Shown here one piece after another: positions 25,167 through 33,918 of a stretch of DNA of 53,181 nucleotides. How positions within the stretch are numbered: position 1 is the stretch's first letter; every line of letters begins with the position of its first letter. Made by a program: the position numbers and the translations under genes. The notes under the pieces were generated by a model. It saw only the letters and a list, made by a program, of their open reading frames with translations. It was not told the origin of the DNA and made no database searches. Source of the DNA: Acidimicrobiia bacterium (GTDB lineage Bacteria; Actinomycetota; Acidimicrobiia; Spongiisociales; JAENVV01); contig JBFGJH010000017.1 in NCBI GenBank assembly GCA_041577335.1, forward strand, positions 1 to 53,181. The letters are read 5' to 3'.

Positions 25167-25660
25167 GTCCGGAAGGGGAGACCCAGAAGGAGGCAGGTGG
25201 AAGCCAAAACGGGTTCGCTCGGGATGGTGGAAGTCTGGCCTCGGTGGAAGCCGGCGCCTTCGGGCGACGGGGGAAGTCGGGGAGAATGGATTCTTCGGAA
25301 TCCAGCCCGCTGGCCAGAGATGGTCAGCACGGCGGACGGAGTCGGTGCCCTTCGGGGTAGTGGATCCAGAAGCCCCGGCCTTCGGGTCGGACGCCGAAAG
25401 CAGGGGAATCCTTCGGGAATTCCATGCGGACGGCAGGGGTCTTGGAGACAAGATCTCGCCGGCGAAGAGGTGAGAGCCTCAGAACCGGCAGCGGAGCTCA
25501 ACCCGAGAGGGGATCGAGCGCCGGCTCGGAACAGCCCTCGGGCTGGTACGGGCAAAATGCCCGGTCAGGGGACGACGCCTTCGGGCGGAGAAACCGGCAG
25601 GGTTTGAGAGCCCCGAGAGGGTGGACGCTTCGGCAGATACTCCCTCGGGGTTTCTCGCGT
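25167..25660 (+). ncRNA. Putative large structured ncRNA 2 (~490 nt, more than 12 hairpins)
   Basis: Eight UUCG-capped, one CUCG-capped and five GAGA-capped stems with purine-rich internal loops; final long stem 25606-25656; no credible protein in any frame. Confidence 0.78.
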
Positions 25661-25702
25661 CTGGGGGGTTGATCGAGCGCTCTCCCCGCTAGATTCCTAG
25701 CC

Positions 25703-26296
25703 ATGGGATTTCCCGAACGACACCTCAGCGACAATGAGGAAATCGTCCGACAATTCCGTCCCCATTGGAAAGTCCTCCTCGGCTCGATCATTCTGTTCGA
25801 CGCCATCATGGCGATCGGGATCCTGATCGGTGTGTTCACGAGCCTCACTACCTGGTTGCCGATCCTCATCGCGTTCGGTGTCGGACTGGTCGTCATCGCA
25901 CGCCCGATCGTCGATTGGATGTTCACGCTCTATGTCATCACCTCCGAGCGGGTGATCGTGCGATCGGGATGGCTCAGTAGAAGCGGCAAGGAGATCCCTC
26001 TCGAGGTGATCAACGATGTGGCATTCGACCAAACGGTGGGCGAGCGCTTCTTCCGGTCCGGTGATCTGCTCATCGAGAGTGCCGGCGAATACGGCCAGAG
26101 CCGGTATAGCGACATTCCTCACCCTGAGGAGGTCCAGGCCGTGATCTATGAGCTGCGCGAGGATCGCATTGCCGCGTTGAACACGGGCCGATCGCCGGCC
26201 GATGACTTGGCCACTCTTGCCGAGCTGCACCGGCAGGGCTCGCTGACCGACGAAGAGTTCGCCGACAAGAAGCGCAAACTGCTCGACGAGATCTGA
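25703..26296 (+). CDS. Membrane protein with bacterial PH (bPH_2) domain and C-terminal SHOCT domain
   Basis: Two TM helices; YVITSERVIVRSGWLSR, GDLLIESAG; LAELHRQGSLTDEEFADKKRKLL. Confidence 0.88.
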   Translation: MGFPERHLSDNEEIVRQFRPHWKVLLGSIILFDAIMAIGILIGVFTSLTTWLPILIAFGVGLVVIARPIVDWMFTLYVITSERVIVRSGWLSRSGKEIPLEVINDVAFDQTVGERFFRSGDLLIESAGEYGQSRYSDIPHPEEVQAVIYELREDRIAALNTGRSPADDLATLAELHRQGSLTDEEFADKKRKLLDEI

Positions 26297-26772
26297 TGGT
26301 GGACAGCCCTGCCATCACGGCTGCCCTGGCGTTGGGATTGGCGCACGAGGTCGTGACCTATGGGCGGGTCTCGTCCGCTGAAGAGGCAGCCGCCGCTCGC
26401 GGTATCGGGCTCGATCAACTCATCAAGACACTGGTCGTGCGAAGGGCTGAGTCCGACTACGTATTCGTGCTCATCCCAGGAGATCGTGCGATCGATTGGC
26501 CAAAACTGCGCACGGCGCTCGGCGTTTCTCGGCTGTCGCTTCCCGACGCCGAAGAAGCCCGGGCTGCCACGGGCTACGAACGTGGCACGATCACGCCGCT
26601 CGGGGCCTCCCATCCCTGGCCCGTCTTCATGGACCAGCGGCTGCTCGAACCGTCGGTGGTATCGATCGGAGCAGGGAAGCACGGAGCGGCCATCAACTGT
26701 GCGCCGACCGATCTGGCCGACCAAACGGCAGCCGCCACCGGCGACTTCACAAAAAAGATTCTTTCGCCGTAG
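26296..26772 (+). CDS. YbaK/EbsC-family aminoacyl-tRNA deacylase
   Basis: LIKTLVV, ATGYERGTITPLG, SIGAG. Confidence 0.9.
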   Translation: MVDSPAITAALALGLAHEVVTYGRVSSAEEAAAARGIGLDQLIKTLVVRRAESDYVFVLIPGDRAIDWPKLRTALGVSRLSLPDAEEARAATGYERGTITPLGASHPWPVFMDQRLLEPSVVSIGAGKHGAAINCAPTDLADQTAAATGDFTKKILSP

Positions 26773-26828
26773 CCGGATTCGTTGGTATTATCGAATCAAT
26801 TGGGGGCCAGGGAGGTCTGAACATCTAC

Positions 26829-27107
26829 ATGTTCGAAGCGATCGAGTACATCGAGGTACAGCCCAGTCTCAATGCGCGTAACCCAGCTCCTAGTGAGCGT
26901 TCTTTGGGGACGTATGAGTCTGAGGAAGAGGCGATTGAGGCCGGTCGAGAAGCCCGCCAGGCGCTACTGGAGATCGACCATGAGCCGTATGCGTGGTGGA
27001 TCGTCCGCCGAACCGGAGCGCGTCTCGCGCATTGGATTGCCGACTCCCACTCGGACCAGGAATTCGTGCTGGACCTGACTACCGGCCAACTCATCGAGGT
27101 TCCGTAA
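26829..27107 (+). CDS. Hypothetical protein (92 aa)
   Basis: MFEAIEYIEV...AWWIVRRTGARLAHWIADS...; GGGAGG upstream; typical codon usage. Confidence 0.7.
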   Translation: MFEAIEYIEVQPSLNARNPAPSERSLGTYESEEEAIEAGREARQALLEIDHEPYAWWIVRRTGARLAHWIADSHSDQEFVLDLTTGQLIEVP

Positions 27108-27162
27108 CAGCCGCAACCGGCCTACCCGGTCTACTGTGTGAACAACAGTTACGGGAGGACCT

Positions 27163-27525
27163 CTGCTTCGTCAGCTGCATCAATCCTTGGCGCCGGTCGT
27201 TGTGGTGGCCAACGGAACTGTGGGCCTCGTCGGACTGATCCTCGTACGCCGGTCACCTGCTCCTCGCTGGTACCTGCCGGTCACGGTCGGCGCGTTTGCG
27301 ATTGCGTTGCTTCAAGTAGGCCTCGGGGTCGTCCTCTTGAGCCGCCAGCCCGCCCCCGGGTCGTTCCACACGTTCTACGGGATGGTGATTGCGTTCACGT
27401 TGGCCTTCACCTACATCTACCGGTCTCAGCTAGCCAAGCGGCCGATGCTCGGCTACTCGCTCATTGCCCTGTTCGTGATGGGACTCGGCATTCGCGGTTG
27501 GATGAATTTCGGCATCAACCTGTAG
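27163..27525 (+). CDS. Small 4-TM membrane protein (start uncertain: CTG 27163 or TTG 27187)
   Basis: Four hydrophobic segments, FHTFYG motif; GGGAGG at 27153-27158. Confidence 0.7.
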   Translation: MLRQLHQSLAPVVVVANGTVGLVGLILVRRSPAPRWYLPVTVGAFAIALLQVGLGVVLLSRQPAPGSFHTFYGMVIAFTLAFTYIYRSQLAKRPMLGYSLIALFVMGLGIRGWMNFGINL

Positions 27526-27534
27526 GAGGTCACG

Positions 27535-28341
27535 ATGTTGCTCGAAGGGAAACGATTGCTCATCACGGGCGTCCTCACCAGCGATTCGATCGCATGGCAC
27601 GTTGCCCGCGTGGCGCAGGAGCAGGGAGCGGACATTGTTCTCACCGGGTTTGGGCGGGGCCTGAGCCTCACGGAACGATCGGCGCGAAGGTTGCCCGGCG
27701 AAACCGAGATTCTCGAGCTCGACATTCACTCAGAGGAGAACATGGCTTCCGTTGCCGCCCATCTCGATGCCAAATGGCAGGGGATCGATGGAGCGCTCCA
27801 CGCGATCGCCTACGCACCCGAGGACGCCCTCGGCGGCCGATTCCTCGAGACCCCACCAGAAAGCGCCCAGATCGCCTTCATGACATCGGCGTTCAGCTAC
27901 AAGACACTCGCCGTGGGTTTGCTCCCCTTGCTCGAGAAGGCTGGTGGCGGCTCGCTCGTCACCCTCGACTTCGACAATCGCCAGGCTTGGCCGACCTACG
28001 ACTGGATGGGCGTAGCCAAGGCCGCCCTGCAATCGGTGACCCGATACCTGGCACGTGATCTCGGTCCCTATCGGATCAGGGTCAATGCCGTCTCGGCGGG
28101 ACCCCTGAGCACGGTGGCGGCAAAATCGATACCAGGGTTCGCCGGGTTCGAGAGCATATGGGCCGGCCGGTCCCCGCTGACCTGGGACGCATCGGATCCT
28201 GAGCCCGTGGCCAAGATGGTCTGTGTGATGTTGTCCGACTGGGCGCCTATGACCACCGGCGAGATCGTGCACGTCGACGGCGGCTTCCATGCGGTGGCAG
28301 CCGGAGCCGGAGACGGCGACGGAAGCCCACCCACCGCCTGA
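27535..28341 (+). CDS. fabI: Enoyl-ACP reductase (FabI/InhA type)
   Basis: LEGKRLLITGV..SIAW, YDWMGVAKAAL, VNAVSAGP, TGEIVHVDGG. Confidence 0.95.
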   Translation: MLLEGKRLLITGVLTSDSIAWHVARVAQEQGADIVLTGFGRGLSLTERSARRLPGETEILELDIHSEENMASVAAHLDAKWQGIDGALHAIAYAPEDALGGRFLETPPESAQIAFMTSAFSYKTLAVGLLPLLEKAGGGSLVTLDFDNRQAWPTYDWMGVAKAALQSVTRYLARDLGPYRIRVNAVSAGPLSTVAAKSIPGFAGFESIWAGRSPLTWDASDPEPVAKMVCVMLSDWAPMTTGEIVHVDGGFHAVAAGAGDGDGSPPTA

Positions 28342-28352
28342 CAACACTTCAC

Positions 28353-30173
28353 CTAATGAGAGCTGTCGACAGGGGCCGGCATCGCCTTTGAGAGGCGGGG
28401 TTGGAGAGGCAGGACGATCGTGAAGGTAGCGCCGCCTCCGGGAGTGGCGGTGAGCTTGATGGAACCGCCCATCTGCTCGACCAACGACTGCACGATCGAC
28501 AAACCAAGGCCGGTGCCGCCCTGGCTGCGGGTATTCGCCGGATCGAGCTGGGAGAACGGCTCGAACGCCTGGGTGCGCTTTTCGGCAGGGATGCCGGGGC
28601 CATGGTCGGAAACGGCGATGGCGACGCTTCCCAGGCTCTCGACTGCAGTGATTTCGATCTTCGATCCGGGCGCGTATTTCAAGGCGTTTTCGACGAGGTT
28701 GCGGAACACACGGCTCAAGTGATCCGGGTCGGCCTCGAGGGTCAGGCCCTCCGGGCAGTCGGTGGTGATGAGGTCGCCGCCCTCGGGGATGGCGGCTGCT
28801 GCCTCGTTGAGGAACGCGTCGAGTTGGAGCGACTGGGGGTGTTGGGGGAGGCCGGCGTTGTCGAGCCGGCTCACCATGAGCAGGTCTTCGATGAGGCGAC
28901 GCAATCGATCAGATTGCTTGCGGGCTGAGGCGAGGAGCTCCTGGGCGGCCGGGGAGCTCGGGGCAAGTTCAGGCCGGGCGATCGTGGCCAGCGACCCGAT
29001 GATGCTCGTAAGTGGCGTCCGCAGCTCGTGACTGACCACCGAAACAAAGTCGGACTTCATGTTGGCGAGCTCCTCCATCCGCCGGGAAGACTCGGCAGCG
29101 AGCTCGAACCGCTCGAGTTGGAGCAGAACCAGTGCTGCGGGAGCTGCCAGCGACTCCAACACCGTCATGTCGGCAGACGTGAAATGCCCGCGCAGCTTGT
29201 CGCCGACGAGCATGACTCCGATGGTTCGGTTCTCCACCGTGAGCGGCACGATCATGGCGTTCTGCACACCCAGCTCGCCGAGCAAGCCGTCACGGGGTGA
29301 GGATTTGTCCTGGTTGGCGAGGATTCTGGGCTGATTGGAGAGGAAGACTGACACCACATCGGAGTCGACCCGCAGCGGCACCCGGTATTCACCAACGTCG
29401 AGCGGCGCCCCCGTGGTCCACACCGGGCCAAGGATCTCCAATGCGGCTTCCTGAGAGTTGTGGAGCAGGATCGCGCCGAGGCGGGCGTCGAGGTAGGTGC
29501 CGATCTTGCCGACGAGCTGCGGTAGGACCTCGTCCAGCGACTGGCCCGCCGCAACGGTCCGAGACACCTCGTACAGCCGGGCGACATCGGCTTCGCGGGA
29601 ACGGATGGCAGATATCCGGCTGACACCTGCAAATGTTTCGCGTCGGAACTGGCTGGCGACGGCCGACGTGAGTATCGAGACGAGGATCAAGCTGGCCGTC
29701 TGCACGGCGAGTTCCTCCGGTGGAACATCGATGTTGAACGCAGTCGGCAGTGTGGCGTTGAGGACGATGACCAGCAGCGTGGCGCTGAACTGGAGGAGCC
29801 GTCCGCCCAGAGCAGCGGTGATGGAGACCACGCCGAAATACAGGATGAAGATCAACTGGCGAAGCTCAGGAATCGTCGAGATGATGGCCATCGACCCGAT
29901 CAACACCAGGGTGGCGATGCCCAGCAGAAGTTCGCCTGACAGGCGCCTTGTGTGGTTTTCCCAATCGACGAAGTGGAGAAGTCCCCAGCTCGCCGCCAAA
30001 GCCAGGGCCGCCCCGCTCAGCCTCGGTTGCAGCAGGTCGACGCCACTGCGGAAGGCGGCAAACCCCGTCAGGGCGAGCAAGATCCATCCCGCCCTCAGCG
30101 AGAACCGGAAAATGCGAGCCCGGAAAGGCGCCAGGGCCTCTCTGCGCTCCTGCTGGGTTAACTCAGCACTGAT
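28353..30173 (-). CDS. Membrane sensor histidine kinase with GAF domain (start uncertain: ATC 30173 or TTG 30080)
   Basis: About 5-6 TM helices, GAF region, SHELRTPL, NLVENALKY, DHGPG, GTGLGL. Confidence 0.88.
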   Translation of the reverse strand: MSAELTQQERREALAPFRARIFRFSLRAGWILLALTGFAAFRSGVDLLQPRLSGAALALAASWGLLHFVDWENHTRRLSGELLLGIATLVLIGSMAIISTIPELRQLIFILYFGVVSITAALGGRLLQFSATLLVIVLNATLPTAFNIDVPPEELAVQTASLILVSILTSAVASQFRRETFAGVSRISAIRSREADVARLYEVSRTVAAGQSLDEVLPQLVGKIGTYLDARLGAILLHNSQEAALEILGPVWTTGAPLDVGEYRVPLRVDSDVVSVFLSNQPRILANQDKSSPRDGLLGELGVQNAMIVPLTVENRTIGVMLVGDKLRGHFTSADMTVLESLAAPAALVLLQLERFELAAESSRRMEELANMKSDFVSVVSHELRTPLTSIIGSLATIARPELAPSSPAAQELLASARKQSDRLRRLIEDLLMVSRLDNAGLPQHPQSLQLDAFLNEAAAAIPEGGDLITTDCPEGLTLEADPDHLSRVFRNLVENALKYAPGSKIEITAVESLGSVAIAVSDHGPGIPAEKRTQAFEPFSQLDPANTRSQGGTGLGLSIVQSLVEQMGGSIKLTATPGGGATFTIVLPLQPRLSKAMPAPVDSSH

Positions 30174-30251
30174 AGTCGGATCCTCTTGTACGTCAGGGTA
30201 ACCTGCCCCGCATGCTCAACAGGCGCGCGCATGCGGGCGGGCTTCTCCTAG

Positions 30252-31022
30252 ATGATCGGCAGTCTTGACGTGGCGCTGAAATCCTTTGTTGGAGGAACGG
30301 TTTTTGGTGCAACGACGGGATCGGGCCCGCCAGAGGTCCTGGCACTGCACGGGTGGGGTCGTACTCATGAGGATTTCCTCGGCGTCCTCGACGGCTTCGC
30401 CGCGGTCGCCGTCGATCTGCCCGGATTCGGAGCGACCCCACCTCCCAGTGCGGTCTGGGGCGCACATGAGTACGCCGCCGCCCTCGTACCGATCCTCAGA
30501 GACTTCGAGACGCCGCCGGTTGTGATTGCCCATTCCTTCGGAGGGCGAGTGGCAGTGTGCCTGGGCGCTACCCACCCGGAGCTGATCGCCGGCCTTCTGA
30601 TCATCGGAGCGCCGCTCGTGCGTCCACCCGACCAGGCCAAGAAGCAGCCCCCGTTTCGCTACCGGGCGGTCAAGTTCCTGAGAGGCCTCCGCCTCATCCC
30701 AGAGTCGCGCCTCGAGGCCGCCCGCCACCGATATGGTTCCGCCGACTATCGAGCGGCGTCAGGCGTGATGCGAGACATTCTCGTTCGGGTCGTGAACGAG
30801 AGCTACGAGCCCCAACTCAGGTCGTTGTCGGTGCCCGTTCATCTGTTGTGGGGTGGCGACGATACGGCTGCGCCCGTGTCGGGTGCTCGCCTTGCCAAAG
30901 CCGTGCTCGACGACGCCGATGTCGGTGCCTCGCTGGTGGTGCTCACGGGGGTAGGGCACGATGTTCTCGCAGAGGATCCCGAGAAAGTGCGGGCCGAGTT
31001 GACGATGTTGCTCGGCCGATGA
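30252..31022 (+). CDS. Alpha/beta fold hydrolase
   Basis: LHGWG, DLPGFG, AHSFGG, WGGDD, GHD; start may be GTG 30270. Confidence 0.88.
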   Translation: MIGSLDVALKSFVGGTVFGATTGSGPPEVLALHGWGRTHEDFLGVLDGFAAVAVDLPGFGATPPPSAVWGAHEYAAALVPILRDFETPPVVIAHSFGGRVAVCLGATHPELIAGLLIIGAPLVRPPDQAKKQPPFRYRAVKFLRGLRLIPESRLEAARHRYGSADYRAASGVMRDILVRVVNESYEPQLRSLSVPVHLLWGGDDTAAPVSGARLAKAVLDDADVGASLVVLTGVGHDVLAEDPEKVRAELTMLLGR

Positions 31023-32536
31023 GCGGCTCGGCGGCCTTCGCCGCAGTGGTCGCAACCCTTTCCGTCGCCGTTGCGTCGCTCCGATGGTTGCGGGTCGCCC
31101 AGCGGGAGCACTACCTGCCGGGCACCGTGACCGTCTTCTATTGGCGTTGGGTGAGGATCGATCCGATCAACGGCGCCGGCTTCGCGATCGCTGTTGCTGG
31201 CGTGGTGGCGGGGGTAGTTGGGCTGATCCCCATATGGGCCGCCGCCGTGATAGCGGGTGTCTTTGCAATGCTGGCTCCTCGTGGTCTCGGTCTCAAAGGC
31301 ACCTCGGCGGCGCTGCGATGGACCGATCGACTCAAACGACTGGCGGGACTGCTTGCCGTGGCATGGGTGGGACTCGCGGCGATCGGGCTGTTCGTGCCGG
31401 GCTTGGTGGTGGTGGGTGTGCTCGCGCTCCCATCGCTCGTCGACGCGGCCCTCATCGCCGTTCAGCCCATCGAACGGCGGCTCGGCGACCGATGGGTTCG
31501 CACGGCGGCTGAGACGATCAAGACGGTGAGTCCCCAAGTCGTCGCCATCACCGGAAGCTATGGCAAGACGACAACGAAGGAATACGTCCGCCAACTCGTA
31601 TCCCATCAACTGCTCACCGTGGCATCACCCGCTTCGTTCAACAATCGCATGGGACTGGCCCGCGCTGTCAACGAGCACCTCACGCCCGGGGTGGCGGTGT
31701 TCGTGGCCGAGATGGGCACCTACGGTCCGGGCGAGATCGCCGACCTGTGTCGGTGGATCCAACCCGACATCGCAGTCATCACGGCGATTGGCCCTGTCCA
31801 TCTCGAGCGTTTCGGCAGTCTTGACAAGACGTTGGCCGCCAAATCGGAGATTCTCGAGAATGCCTCCACAGCCGTGCTCAACATCGACGACCCGAGACTG
31901 GCTCGGCTGGCCGACAACGTATCGGATTCCGAGGTCGTCACGGCGTCGGCCTCTGGGGCGACGGCAACCGTCTCTCTCGACCCGGTCGGCGATGGTTTTC
32001 GGGTGAGTGTTCACGGCCGTGAGATCGCCATGATCGGACCGGTTGCGTTCCCTTCGAATTTCGCCTGTGCCGTTGGGGTGGCGGTTGCGCTCGGTGTGTC
32101 TCTCGATGGGATCACCGACCTCGTCGCAGCTGTTCAGCTGCCGCAACATCGGCAGTCGCAGTATCGGGCCGACGCTGGGTTCGTCATCATCGATGACACC
32201 TACAACTCGAACCCAGCGGGAGCTGCGGCTGCACTCGCCGCCCTGGCCGACTTGCCAGTCGAACGCCGGGTCGTTGTGAGTCCCGGCATGGTCGAGCTCG
32301 GCCCTGTCCAGTTCGCCGCCAATCGCGAATTTGCCGTGGAGGCTGCCAAGGTGGCGGATGACGTGCTGATCGTTGGCAAGACCAATCGCTCAGCTCTCCG
32401 ACAAGGAGCGGAAGAAGGTGCGGCATCCGTTATGTTGATGCGGTCGCGGGCGGATGCCGTGGATTGGGTAAAAGCCAACCTTGGTCCCAATGATGCCGTG
32501 TTGTACGAGAATGACCTACCCGACCACTACCCCTAG
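31019..32536 (+). CDS. murF: MurF-type UDP-MurNAc-tripeptide--D-Ala-D-Ala ligase with N-terminal TM segments
   Basis: AITGSYGKTTTK, SFNNRMG, AEMG, GPVHLE, IIDDTYNSNP, PGMVELG, ENDLPD; ATGA overlap with the hydrolase. Confidence 0.85.
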   Translation: MSGSAAFAAVVATLSVAVASLRWLRVAQREHYLPGTVTVFYWRWVRIDPINGAGFAIAVAGVVAGVVGLIPIWAAAVIAGVFAMLAPRGLGLKGTSAALRWTDRLKRLAGLLAVAWVGLAAIGLFVPGLVVVGVLALPSLVDAALIAVQPIERRLGDRWVRTAAETIKTVSPQVVAITGSYGKTTTKEYVRQLVSHQLLTVASPASFNNRMGLARAVNEHLTPGVAVFVAEMGTYGPGEIADLCRWIQPDIAVITAIGPVHLERFGSLDKTLAAKSEILENASTAVLNIDDPRLARLADNVSDSEVVTASASGATATVSLDPVGDGFRVSVHGREIAMIGPVAFPSNFACAVGVAVALGVSLDGITDLVAAVQLPQHRQSQYRADAGFVIIDDTYNSNPAGAAAALAALADLPVERRVVVSPGMVELGPVQFAANREFAVEAAKVADDVLIVGKTNRSALRQGAEEGAASVMLMRSRADAVDWVKANLGPNDAVLYENDLPDHYP

Positions 32537-32542
32537 GGAGAC

Positions 32543-33631
32543 TTGATGAGCATGCCGGCGGTTGTGTTTGGCGGTCCGTCCCCCGAACACGATATCTCGA
32601 TCCTCACGGGCCTGCAGGCAGCTCGATCGCTGGTTGAGTCAGGCGAAACCGTTGAAGCGATCTACTGGACCAAATCGGGTCAATGGTTCTTGGTCGACCC
32701 TCGCGCGGAAGCCGCTGACTTCTCGGACGGTGTGCCCACCAAAGCCAAGCCGCTCCGGTTCGTGGCCGAGCCGGGTGGTGGATGGCTCCAGAAGAAGCGC
32801 CGGCTGGATCTGTCAGCTGTGCTCAACTGCTGCCACGGGGGCCCTGGCGAAGACGGGACTCTGCAGGCGGCCTTTGACCTGGCCGGCATCAAGTACACGG
32901 GACCCAGCGTGGCGGGCTCGGCACTGGGCATGGACAAGCTTGCTTTCGGGGCCGTGATCGATGGGGCCGGACTGCCGTCTCTTCCTCGCATGCTGGTTCT
33001 CCCGGGGGCGAAGCCCGAATTCGACTCGCCGTTCATCATGAAGCCGCGTTTTGGCGGCTCATCGATCGGGATCCACGTCGTCGAGGACTATGAAACGGCT
33101 GAAGCGCTTCTCACCAGCTCTCCCCACATGCGCAGGGGAGCAGTGCTCGAACCGTTTCTCGCAGGGAGCCGCGACCTCAACATCGCGGTACGGACATACC
33201 CGTCTTTGCAAGTCTCGGCAATTGAGGCTCCGGTTCGGGAAGGCGACGCGATCTACGATTACAGCCAGAAGTACCTCGAAGGCCCAGGTGGAATGGATTC
33301 GGCGAAGCGAGAGTTGCCGGCCAATCTTCCCGATGCCCTCACGAACCGGATCCGGTCGATTGCGACGACGGTGGCGGCGCTGGCCTCGGTTCGTTCGGTG
33401 AGTCGAATCGATTTCCTGTTGCACGGCGAGGATCTCTACGTCAACGAGATCAACACCATCCCGGGAAGCTTGGCGGCCTATCTGTGGGTCGACCCGCCCG
33501 TCGCTCGCGCCCAACTGCTGCGGGATGCCTTGACCGAGGTGACCGAGATTCCCGCCCGTCAGTACAACACGGCTGGAGCCGACGGTACTGCCCTCAGGAG
33601 CGCCGGCGCCATCGCCAGCAAACTCGGCTGA
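32543..33631 (+). CDS. ddl: D-alanine--D-alanine ligase
   Basis: FGGPSPEHDIS, HGGPGEDG, MDK, KPRFGGSSIG, YDYSQKY, NEINTIPG. Confidence 0.9.
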   Translation: MMSMPAVVFGGPSPEHDISILTGLQAARSLVESGETVEAIYWTKSGQWFLVDPRAEAADFSDGVPTKAKPLRFVAEPGGGWLQKKRRLDLSAVLNCCHGGPGEDGTLQAAFDLAGIKYTGPSVAGSALGMDKLAFGAVIDGAGLPSLPRMLVLPGAKPEFDSPFIMKPRFGGSSIGIHVVEDYETAEALLTSSPHMRRGAVLEPFLAGSRDLNIAVRTYPSLQVSAIEAPVREGDAIYDYSQKYLEGPGGMDSAKRELPANLPDALTNRIRSIATTVAALASVRSVSRIDFLLHGEDLYVNEINTIPGSLAAYLWVDPPVARAQLLRDALTEVTEIPARQYNTAGADGTALRSAGAIASKLG

Positions 33632-33641
33632 GGCAAGCCTC

Positions 33642-33875
33642 TCAGAGGTGGACCACCGGGCAGGTCAAGGTACGAGTGATACCGTCGACGGCCTGGATGC
33701 GCGCCACCACCAGCTTGCCGAGCTGGTCCATGTTGTCGGCTGCGGCTCTGACGATGACGTCGTAGGGGCCGGTCACGTCGTCGGCCGACTCGACACCTGG
33801 GATGGCGCGAACTTCTTGTGCCACAGCGGCGGCTTTACCTACCTCGGTCTGCACCAATACAAACGCCTGAACCAT
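33642..33875 (-). CDS. Stand-alone Lrp/AsnC ligand-binding domain protein
   Basis: MVQAFVLVQTEVGKA...VTGPYDVIV...GITRTLTCPVVHL. Confidence 0.92.
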   Translation of the reverse strand: MVQAFVLVQTEVGKAAAVAQEVRAIPGVESADDVTGPYDVIVRAAADNMDQLGKLVVARIQAVDGITRTLTCPVVHL

Positions 33876-33918
33876 GGTTCGATCCTCTCTCTTGGGGTCT
33901 CGGTTTTGCGAACTCGGG

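Noticed and set aside
25165..25195. GTCCGGAAGG resembling SRP RNA helix 8
   Set aside because: The flanking CAGG/AGCA internal loop of SRP RNA is missing
24665..25660. tmRNA, RNase P RNA, tRNA or CRISPR array as the identity of the structured region
   Set aside because: No tRNA-like T-arm or CCA end, no GAGGAAAGUCC, and no identical direct repeats with unique spacers
24590..25702. ORFs in the RNA region (24981..25607+, 25118..25555-, 24483..24968-, 24696..24956+)
   Set aside because: G/R/P/S-rich translations with no motifs or SD; the dense tetraloop hairpins explain the sequence better
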